Shown piece after piece: positions 55,066 to 64,000 of a stretch of 64,000 bases of DNA. Source of the stretch: Podarcis tiliguerta (taxonomy: Eukaryota); NCBI GenBank assembly GCA_965153285.1, contig OZ229117.1; one strand, given 5' to 3'. Numbering within the stretch: position 1 is the stretch's first letter; every line of letters begins with the position of its first letter. The notes beneath the pieces are model-generated. The model was not told where the DNA came from and did no database searches. It saw nothing but the letters and a program-made list of their open reading frames with translations. A program made the position numbers and the translations under genes.

Positions 55066-55392
55066 TGCTGTGCCTATGAGGAGCAGCGGTGATGGGGGGC
55101 ATTTTACCACGGACATGTGTGTAGACAAGGCCCTTTGTGCTGACAGTGGACTGTGCCAAGCAGAGGTTAGCATCCAGCTTACTGCTGAATCTGTCTCTGC
55201 TTGGGGCACCTGTTTGGCTGGGGAAAGAAGAGGATGAGGTGACACAGCCTCCATTGCTACTCTGGGAGATGGACACAAAGGGGAGAAGGCTGAGCCCAGC
55301 CCACTCTGGTTTTTCCCCATCCAGACATCCCTGCCTTCATGGTTGCTCTTTCATTTCCCCCCTTCTAACGCTGCTTGGCTTGTTTATATACA

Positions 55393-55398
55393 AATAAA
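55393..55398 (+). terminator. VPS4A proximal poly(A) signal candidate
   Basis: AATAAA about 330 nt after the stop. Confidence 0.45.
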
Positions 55399-56597
55399 AA
55401 CAATCCGAAACTTCCACTATACCGCAACCCTTTTTTCCTGAGACCCCTTCCACCTCCTGTGGAAGCAACACCTGGTGCCACCCCAAAGAGAAAACCGAAC
55501 TGGCTTCACCTAAGGCCATTGCTTACTCCTTGAAATCTGAAATGCTGCACTTCCAAGCTTGAGCTGAACTTTGAAGAGTGTGGCCTTCTTCTGGCTCAGC
55601 CAAAGTGGCAGGAAGCTCCCCCAGTGAGAAATACACTCCAAGGCTTAACTAACGCTCAGCTCTCTCCTGGAGTTGAGGTACTCATGTTGGAAGTGCTGTC
55701 CAAGAAGCTTACCTTGCCAAGGCCTGATCTGTTGCATGGCTTGAGGTAAGATATCTGAAAATGTGCTCTGCCCCACAGGATGCTGTGTTGCTGCAGAATT
55801 TGTTGCCCTTCAGCTGTGTAACGTTTCGCATGTGTGGCACAAAAAAAGCAGAAGGGGAGCAGAACAGGGATGAGGAGGGCTGCAGCTCCAAGCCCCTCAG
55901 CCTTATCCTGGCACTGTGGCTCAACCCAGCAAGCCTGCTGCTTCTCAGAAAGGGATGACGTCTTTGCTCTTCCAGCTGTGGCACAAGAGATGACGTACTA
56001 AGGAATGCAAATTGGGCACCTGTCAGCACACAGGTGCTGGCAAAGTCCTGCAAAGGAGATGGAGTTTCCCGCCTTTGCAGCTGCAGCAGGTGGGAGATTT
56101 GCCCCCCCCCAATCCCCCCTTTGCTCATGGTTGGGCCTCTGCTGGTGTGTCTCTGCTGCAATCTGGGGCTCTAGAGTGTCTTTTTAAAAAATCCATGCCA
56201 TGGGGAGGCAAAGGACTCATTTATTCCACCCCATTGGCTCTAGGCAATGGCTCTTGTGCCACAAGTGGAGGAGGCTGGCAATGCTCAAGCATAGGCTTCT
56301 ACTTATAGCAGGGTTTTTGCTTCCCTGAAGGTAACTGCTGATTCCTAATTCAACAAATCCACCTTTCTCTGCCACTAAAGCTACTTTCCTGTGCTTTAGT
56401 CTTCTTGTCTTAGTACTACTGAGGAAGGCATGTAGGGGAGGGTGGGAGCTCTTGGTCTCTAGAAATTCAAGTGAATAGCTGTGAGAACCTCTTAACTGTC
56501 AAGGGGTTTAATGGCCTGTACACCCCCTGCCCCCTTTCTTGTCATGTGTACATAATTTTGAGTTGATTCCAGTGTGGGGAGGGACAGTTTATGGAAG

Positions 56598-56603
56598 AAT
56601 AAA
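56598..56603 (+). terminator. VPS4A distal poly(A) signal candidate
   Basis: AATAAA with TGTA elements upstream and a U-rich tract downstream. Confidence 0.65.
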
Positions 56604-57076
56604 GTGTTGAACTATTTGTCTCTTATATATTCAGCTGATTTTTTACAAGCAACATACAATGGTACAATTTGTTTCACAGTTTCTCCACAGGAGATGAAGG
56701 AAGAGGCAGTCTCCTTTGTTCTGCTTAGTCTTATCTCCTTCCCACACCACAGATGCAATCTACATCCCTACAAGCTGAAGGTGCTAGAGCGTTGAGGCCA
56801 GCAGCACTGTACACAATTTAGCTAGCTAGGAGGTGGTTGTAGGTGCATTTAATCTGTAAACCTCTTTAAGAGGTTTTATTAAAATCAAGAGGTTTATTTT
56901 GTGAGTTGATTGTTTAATTTCTATACTGCTTAATCTATTAAAAAATATCTGTAAGTGGTGTACAGAAGACTGAAGCAAAAACAGACAACTTAAAACATTA
57001 CTAAAATACAGTTACGTATTATGTTGTGAAGTAAAACATGGCGAGGTATTACAGGTGAAGAGGTGGTCAGTGCCTT

Positions 57077-57082
57077 TTTATT
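57077..57082 (-). terminator. PDF poly(A) signal candidate
   Basis: First minus-strand AATAAA seen after the PDF stop; further ones at 56893-56898 and 56875-56880. Confidence 0.5.
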
Positions 57083-57663
57083 GTGAATTGCTATGAAGTT
57101 TTAGTTGGTGTCTGTTGCTTTTAACAAGTGTTTGCTCACCTTCACTTGTCAAGGTAAAAGTTAGAGAAGGCCATCTCATTGCTTTTTCTTCTTGAATTTT
57201 GCCCCACCCCAAATGAGCAGCTGGAGAGAGGCCCCATTAGTAGATGATCAAGTTGTTTAGGGTTGGTTTGGAGGGGCTCTGTTTGGAGCTTCCACTGGCT
57301 GAAATTGGACAAAGCCATTTTCCTTCAAGGTACTGTACAGTGCACTGGCCAAGAGAATGCCATGCAGTAGTTGAAACCCTTTAACAGCTTCTGCTTTCTT
57401 AGTATCCCCCCCCAACTCCTGCAGCACCACGTGGGGGAAAGAAGGGCATGCTTATGTCCAGCTTACGTGCCCAGCTTCCACTCCTCATGCCACAAATAGG
57501 GAAAGTAAAGATGACAAACAGTAAAAACATCATTGAACCCCCTCAGCTTGGAAGTGTCCACTTTCTCTTTCTATTGTCCCTTTCACTGGTTTGGACATAC
57601 TTAGGAACGCAGGCAGAGAAAAAGTGGTCTCTCTTTCCCTGCCCCCCTGGGCCCAGTCCTGCT

Positions 57664-57821
57664 TCACTCATTTAGCTGCTCCCACTGCAGATTCACAAAA
57701 GTCCTGCTGTCCATCTTGTCAATGTACAACGCACCCTGCAGATGGTCCATCTCATGCTGGATGATGCGGGCTGCCCAGCCACTTGCCGGCCAGCTAAACT
57801 GCTCCCCAACTTCATTCAGAC
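57664..57821 (-). CDS. PDF: PDF last coding exon
   Basis: ttccccag| [54 protein letters not shown]. Confidence 0.95.
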
Positions 57822-59043
57822 CTGGGGAAAGGAAAAAGAGGAACTCCAGTGAGAAATGCAGCTCTGGGGTCCTGTCATGCCTTAATGAATCACTCCCCTT
57901 GTAGGAACATGTATATCTGACTGAACTTTCCCCAAGCTGTAGGCCCAGTGCAGGCTCCCTGTGCCCAGAGAATATCTACCTGTCCCTGCTTTTTGCTGGT
58001 ACTTATTGAAACCAGCTGTGCCCCTCAGTCCTGTCAAAAATTAGAAAAGTGAGACTTATGAAAGATTCCACAGCAGGACAGCGTAAGTAAGCATGAGAAA
58101 GTGATGCCCACCCACTCTCCCCATTCCATTTTTCATACATAAATTGTCGCTTGCTACACCTCCTGTCCACAGTCACACCAAATAACAGAAAAGCAACATG
58201 TGAGTGTGCTACTGATGAAAAGCTTTGGCATAAAAACATGCGCATTTTGACAGGCAGTGTGGGAAGAAGTTGTTTGGTGCCATGAGTTTGTACTTAGCTA
58301 CGTTCCCACAATTGGAATGCATAATGTAGATTCCCGTTTGCATTAATAACACCTCATAAGATCAACATAGAGCCAAGTTTGAACACCTGAGGCTCGCCAC
58401 ACACTTATACCAGCTCCAAAACTCACACCTCATCCAAGTGTGTTAAAGCTACAAGGAATAACATTGCCAGCTTACCGGAAACTGCCACGGCTTGGTATCT
58501 GGCGACGCAAGCAGAGAATCCACTGATGCTTTTACAGCCCTCCGGGAAAGAGACCAGTTGGGAGTCCAGCACCCTCATGGATGGATTCACTACCACATGC
58601 AGGGGGAAGGGGGCCATCTGGCAAGCCTGGCGCATACTGGGGCTGTGCTCGTGAAAGAGCTTCTCGGGGAACTCCGCCACAAAGATCTGGAGTGGCACAC
58701 CCACTTGAGGAGCACTGAGACCCACACATTGTTCTTTCCTCATCACGCGAACCAGAGTACGGATGAGGGTCTGCACCTCACTACTGGCAATCTGTGAGGG
58801 CTCCACGGGGGCAGCCAAGGAGCGCAGAATGGGGTCCCCCACCTGGCAGACATGGCTGTAGGGTGGGGTGGGAGGTTTCAAGACTTTGCGCCGCAGATAT
58901 TGCCAATAGGTGCGCTGCTTCTCTGCCGGAGAGGAACAAGTGCGGCTGCAACTTCTGCATGGTAAAGGTGCCAGGAAAGCTCTGTTCCAAAGGAGGCTGT
59001 CCAGCATCCAGGCCAAGCCAGGCCTTAGTCTACAAACTGCCAT
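57664..59043 (-). CDS. PDF: Mitochondrial peptide deformylase, 241 aa; complement(join(57664..57821,58476..59043))
   Basis: Arg/Leu-rich presequence; [10 protein letters not shown]; motifs [13 protein letters not shown] and QHEMDHLQG; phase-1 GT-AG intron; in-frame TGA just upstream of the ATG. Confidence 0.96.
58476..59043 (-). CDS. PDF: PDF first coding exon
   Basis: attATGG start; ends ..YQAVAVS G|gtaag. Confidence 0.95.
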
Positions 59044-59201
59044 AATTGTGCTTCAGCCACAAAGCCATCTGCCCAAAGAACAAATAAAATAAAAATAAGA
59101 TGAGAAAATAAAAATAATGCAAAGACAACAGGTGCAAACACTCCCAAGGGTCTCGAGTCAAAGGGTGGCCTAGCTAAGATCACTGGGAGGGGAAGGGCTG
59201 G

Positions 59202-59405
59202 AAGCTGGAGCTCGGGCAGAGCATCCGCTTGGCTTCTGCATGGTCCCAGGTTCACTACCCAGCAGTGTCTCCAAGTAAGGGCTGGAAGAGACACACAGAG
59301 ACCTGATAGGAAACCCTGGAGAGCTACTGCCCATCAGCATAGCCAGTACTGAGCTAGATGGACCAAGGATCTGTCTACTCCGTATGGCATTTTCCTGTGC
59401 TCCTG
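59202..59405 (+). mobile_element. tRNA-derived squamate SINE (Squam3-like)
   Basis: ggtcccaggttcact..ctccaagtaagggctgg..aaaccctggagagctactgcc..gtactgagctagatggacca. Confidence 0.7.
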
Positions 59406-59871
59406 TGACTGCAGAAATAGAAAAAGCAGGTTTCTCTGCAAAAGCAATACAGAAAGGATCTAAGATTCTGCCAAAACTCTCAGCCCACATTTGAGGAGCA
59501 AAATGAGGAGGCGGAATGTTCTGTACCCCTTCCAATTAAATTTTGGATACCTCTCTTTGTCGTATATATTATCATCATCTATTTATTTCCCTCCAAGCAG
59601 CTCACATGGTTCCTTCCAACCGATATTTTAATTCTCCCAATAACCCGGTGAGGTAGGGATATGCTGCGGGAGAATGAAGGGTCCAAGGTCATCCGGTGAG
59701 TATCATGGGAATGAGCGGAGGACTTGAACTCAGGTCTCCCAATGCACTCTTGACCAGCAAAACGCCAGAACTCTGCTGCTGGGCTTTTACTTGCAGGGAG
59801 GCTCGTTCTAATTTAATTTAACATCGAGGAGGGTTTCAAAATGTGGGTCCCCCACCCGCAACCAGCCCTAC

Positions 59872-59945
59872 CTGACTCCAAGTCTCAAGTTTCAATGGGG
59901 CCGCCCACCTTCCTGTCTTGACAAACCACGCGAAGCGATGAAACC
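59872..59945 (-). other. Putative non-coding first exon of PDF
   Basis: CpG-containing segment ending CAG|GTAGGG at 59872/59871; a matching acceptor (T-rich tract, ggcag|) lies at 59069/59068, 25 nt before the PDF ATG; the TSS position is approximate. Confidence 0.6.
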
Positions 59946-60030
59946 GGAAGTGCTCGTGGATGCTGGGAAATGTAGTTCTCAAAACAAAGAACGGCACCAC
60001 TCCGTGGCAGGCGGGGTACTTGCAGACGCT
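59940..60030 (-). promoter_or_regulatory. Putative PDF promoter
   Basis: ZNF143-type ACTACATTTCCCAGCATCC (59976-59958), ETS/GABPA CCGGAAGT (59944-59951), GGCGGGG GC box near 60010, local CpG enrichment. Confidence 0.7.
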
Positions 60031-60561
60031 TTAAGTCAGCTTTTTCCATAGGAGGATGCGGTTGTGTAGCAAAGGGGAGAAGATCCCTCTTGAAGTGACA
60101 GGTTTTCCCCATCATATCATTGGTGCAGCTGCCTCAGGCTCATCTGCTTCACCTCAGCCCTGCTGCTAAAGTCAACACCAGCAAGTGTTAGCCCTGAATA
60201 TTTGCTGCATTTCCACAAATGCACCCCTCAACTACCTGCGAGGGGGGGGGGGAATCCTTCCAACCAATCTAGACAAAAATTGTTCTAGCCTTTTCTGTGC
60301 AGAGACTTAATCCAATTAAGACTCCCTCACACTTACCTGCTACCTTTTTAGGACTCCTAGACACAGTCCACCCTTCTCTCCCTGCCTCCTGTCCACTTTG
60401 CTTAATATCCCCCCCCCAAAAAAAGAGAGAATTTCGAAGCATTCAAAATCTCACTCACTTGTTGTCCTGAGCCATTTTAACTTGCCCTGGTGATGGAGCT
60501 GTTGTTTTAAATTTGCTTATTTCTCATCTACTAAAGCTCAGAAAAACCAGGATCTAAACTC

Positions 60562-60700
60562 TTCGCCTCCCTGTGGAATGCCCTCCCTTCAAATGTCAAG
60601 GAGATAAAGAACTACAGAACTTTTAGAAGACATCTGAAAGCAGCCCTGTATCGGGAAGTTTTTAATGTTTGATGTTTTACTATGTTATAACAGAGTGGCA
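60562..60700 (+). mobile_element. L2 LINE 3' end fragment
   Basis: ccctgtggaatgccctccc..aacttttagaagacatctgaaagcagccctgtatcgggaagtttttaatg. Confidence 0.7.
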
Positions 60701-60731
60701 GCTTATAGCATTTATAAATCATTTATAAATC

Positions 60732-60770
60732 ATTATTATTATTATTATTATTATTGTTGTTGTTGTTGTT

Positions 60771-60803
<33 letters not shown>
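60732..60803. repeat. (ATT)8(GTT)6(AAT)10 compound microsatellite
   Basis: Seen directly. Confidence 0.95.
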
Positions 60804-60804
<1 letters not shown>

Positions 60805-61015
60805 TTAAAACCTCATTTCTTGGACTTCAACTGCAGATGATATTGGCCTTGGCTAGCAGGTTTCCTCTTCCTGTAATTACCCTCTTCTGAAGGACAGCTA
60901 CAACCCAAAGCAGTTGGTAAGAACAGTGGGATTCCTGCACTCAGCAAGTTGAACTTACCAAAGAAGAAATTCATATCTAGTCTGAGACATCAAGGGAAAA
61001 CTGGCAGAGACACAT

Positions 61016-61230
61016 TTTATTCTGCAGCTTAAGGCATCAGGCAATTCCAGAGGAGAGGAAGATAAGGATGACACGAGCATTTTTGGTGAATGGGGAGGCC
61101 CAGAAAAAACTGGTACCGACTGATACCTAAAGCAACTAGCTTCAGGAGAGAAGATTCAGGGGCCCACTCTCTTCACAGTACAGCATAGTGAGGTACAACA
61201 CAGAGAACCAAACAAGCAATCAAGTTTATT
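61016..61230 (-). terminator. Two COG8 poly(A) signal candidates
   Basis: Minus-strand AATAAA at 61225-61230 and 61016-61021, each followed by GU/U-rich sequence. Confidence 0.6.
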
Positions 61231-61442
61231 CAAACCCTGATCCACCTTCACCAAAATTCCTTCCTCCCAGTGTCCACACCCAACTTCCTTCCCACCAGAG
61301 CAATGAAAGCTCAACTCAGTCTGTCCTTGAAGTGCTGAACCCAAAACCATCCTGCTGTGCCTGCCCATCGCAGGAATGAGTCTCTCCTCAGTCAGGTTCA
61401 AGTACCATGGAACCCCGGAAAACAGGCAAAATCCAGTGAAAA

Positions 61443-61726
61443 CTATTCTAGAGGAGCACTCAGCAGCAAGGCATCACCAGAAGCTGCACTGCTCTCTTCT
61501 GCTTCCAGAACAGGGACTGGGGCACTGGGATCTGCTTCCTGCCTGGCATCAGGGAGTTCCAAGTCCAATGGAGGAGGTGCTAGGCTTTCTTCAGTCAGCC
61601 TTTTCTCCTCAGACAAGGGATAGACAGTCTCTTTCTCCGGCAGGACTGAGGCCAGGAGCTCCTGAATCAGCTGCTCATCCACACAGCCAAGATTGCCATA
61701 TTTGTGCAGCTGTGTTGGGGGAACAC
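61443..61726 (-). CDS. COG8: COG8 last coding exon
   Basis: tgctag| VPPTQLHKYGNLGCVDEQLIQE.. acidic tail ..SAPLE TAG. Confidence 0.9.
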
Positions 61727-63679
61727 CTAGCAGTAAAAAAAGAAAATATATTAAAACGAGAAGTTAAAATCTTACATCAACCCTAAGATAGAGAACATTC
61801 CTTGTACTACTGCCAATTCTCTTCTCTCTCTCTCCCTTCCCCTGGCAGTAGCCTGAGCTGTTGAGCACCGATTTCAGTGACTTGCAAGCCTACAAGGACC
61901 ACCACAAACCAACACCACCCCACCAATGTGCTGTTCACAAAGTTACAAGCAAAAGCCACTCATCCACCACAGGCCAGGGCTCAGCTGCAAGCTCCTTCCC
62001 CACCAAAAGAGTTCAAGTAGCCATACCCAAAGTCTGTGCAATTTGTGCTGGGGGGAAGAGGAGCTGCAGACAACGGTTGAGGTAGGGCACCAAGTCTTCC
62101 AGAAATGCCATGCAGAAGTGAATGAACAGCTCTTGCTCTCGGCTGCTGAAGGCCACAGCCTCTGCCCGGTGGAAAACCAGAATGACCTTTGTCACCTGCA
62201 AAGAGAAAAAGAGAAGCTATAATTTCTTGGTTTGGTGTCCAAGTGGAAGGAAGGGACTGCAGTATTACTCAGCATGCTAGCCTCATCAAATGGTCAAAAT
62301 AAAAGCCCAGCTAATCGGTCTGGGACACACCCAGAAGCTGAGTGACAAGATGTCACATACTACCTTATAGAACAGGGACTAAGAAACTTTGATCTCTCAA
62401 GTGCCACAGTCTCCTGGCAGGCAATCCAGCAGGGGCCATTTGCTGACTATGGGTGGGGTTAGAGCTAGTGGTGAGCAGGTTCAGTAGCCAAAACAGGCGA
62501 GGTCAACCACTTTCTCTCTCTCCTCTCTTCCAGCCCACCCAAAGCAAGCACTGATTGCTGTTGTCAGATGCCTGAACTGGCTGCTTGCAAAGGGCTTCTT
62601 GAAATAAGCCAGAGGCCCATCCCTGAACAGACAGACAGCAGCAACATCAGAGGGAACAAGCATAAACTCACAAACATGACCTGCCAAGTTGCTGAAAAGG
62701 GCTAGGAAACTCCAAGGAGTATAACTAAAGATAAGGCTGCAAGCAGCTAAAACTCTGCTGCTAGCAAATTTCTGTCCTGTCACCTAGACATCTGGAGTAT
62801 TTTTAATCCAGCCTCTTGGTGCACATGAGCAACAAAGAGCCCCACCTGGCCAAGTGCATCCTCCAGGGTAGCCGCCACGTCTGGGGCAAGAGCCACAGGG
62901 CAGCAGAGGCGCAGGTCGTTGAAGGCTACTAGGATGTTGTTGAGGAAGCAGGCGAGTGGTGGGAAATCTAGCAGCACCATGGGGGGCTGGAGGGTGCCTG
63001 GCTGGGCAGAAGGAGCCACTGCTACAGGGATGGTGCTGCTGCTGCTGCCCAAGGCAGTCGGCACAGAGATTAGCGTGTAGGAGTTCATCTCCTCCTGGAA
63101 TTTGTTCACAGCTTCCTGCATGGCTCTCTTGAAGGTGACCAGTGCCACCCGCTGAAATATGGGGATGAGCAAGCCCCGGAAGTCCGCTCCAACACGGCTG
63201 AACGAGAGGCCAAAGTACATGCACTGGCCCAGCAGGGAGTCCAGGCGGCTGCCCACACCACGCTGCAAGTCACGCTCAAGCACCAGCAGGAACTGGGAGA
63301 CCTTCTGCAGGACCCACCCATGGAAGATGGCACTTTCATTGAGGGTGTCCTGCCCAGGGGGAGGCACCAGCGGCTCCTCGTCAGCAAAAATGGCACGGTA
63401 CTGCGTGACAATGTCAAAGAGGTGCACGCGGCAGGCCTCAATGGTCTTGGTAATATGCACATAGGGGTCGTCACCAGGAACAGCAGCAAGGATAGAACGT
63501 AGCCAGATGTCCCGTGCCTGCAGGAAAGTAATTCGTAGCTCAGCCTCAGTGAAGACATCCATGCAGCGAAGGTAGCCAATGATGCGCAAGCAGGCTGGCA
63601 GCTGAATGTTGGTGCGAAGCTGCTGGATCAGCTGCGTAAGCATGAGCTGTGTGGACTGGCGCACCTCTGCCACTATGCC
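61443..63679 (-). CDS. COG8: Conserved oligomeric Golgi complex subunit 8, 3' part; complement(join(61443..61726,62027..62195,62846..63679))
   Basis: Dor1/COG8 sequence IQLPACLRIIGYLR, RVHLFDIVTQYRAIF, LDSLLGQCMYFGLSFSRVGADFRG, LQPPMVLLDFPPLA; GT-AG exons in frame; the 5' exons lie beyond the window. Confidence 0.96.
62027..62195 (-). CDS. COG8: COG8 penultimate exon
   Basis: ttgcag| VTKVILVFHRAE..VPYLNRCLQLLFPPAQIAQTL G|gtatg. Confidence 0.95.
62846..63679 (-). CDS. COG8: COG8 large internal exon (834 nt)
   Basis: ttcctag| GIVAEVRQS..TLEDALGQ|gtggg. Confidence 0.95.
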
Positions 63680-64000
63680 CTAGGAAGGAGAAGAGAGACA
63701 AAATAAACTGTTACCCATGGTACCCAAACCAAGCTGATCTCAATACTGCACAAACTATTTTATTTTCACTAGAGTCCATGTGATCACTTAAGAAAGGGTC
63801 TACAGGTCACTGGTAGATATACCTGCTTGATATACTAGATATACTCTGGCTGCCAAAGTAGACAATATTGGGCTTAGTGCACAGTCCAACCTGGTATGAG
63901 GTAACTGCATGTTATAATGATGTGTACTTTTGGGAACTTTTAAAGAGATCTAACTTGCTGTTATCCTGAGTTCCTTTGGGAGGAAGAGTGGGATATAAAC

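Overview
Vertebrate nuclear DNA, most likely a squamate. A tRNA-Lys/CR1-tail SINE and the MITE repertoire suggest a lacertid lizard (inference). The window carries the conserved block UTP4 (3' end, +), SNTB2 (complete, 7 exons, 554 aa, +), VPS4A (complete, 11 exons, 437 aa, +), PDF (complete, 241 aa, -) and COG8 (3' part, -), the same gene order as human 16q22.1. All exon boundaries were read by hand from GT-AG signals and reading-frame continuity. Introns and intergenic DNA hold many hAT and Tc1/mariner-type MITEs (several with intact target-site duplications), tRNA-derived SINEs and L1/L2/CR1 fragments. I found no rRNA, CRISPR array or convincing new protein-coding gene. The best leads are regulatory: (i) a hairpin hAT MITE family that carries paired ZNF143/THAP11-type ACTACAnnTCCCA motifs nearly identical to the one in the PDF promoter; (ii) a PDF architecture unlike human, with its own promoter, a non-coding first exon and an overlapping uORF, while COG8 has its own poly(A) signals and latent splice donors in the spacer; (iii) a minimal AUG-CGA-UGA uORF overlapping the VPS4A start codon; (iv) a VPS4A exon5/6 junction that recreates a near-consensus 5' splice site. 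Comparisons with human sequences are from memory and need checking.
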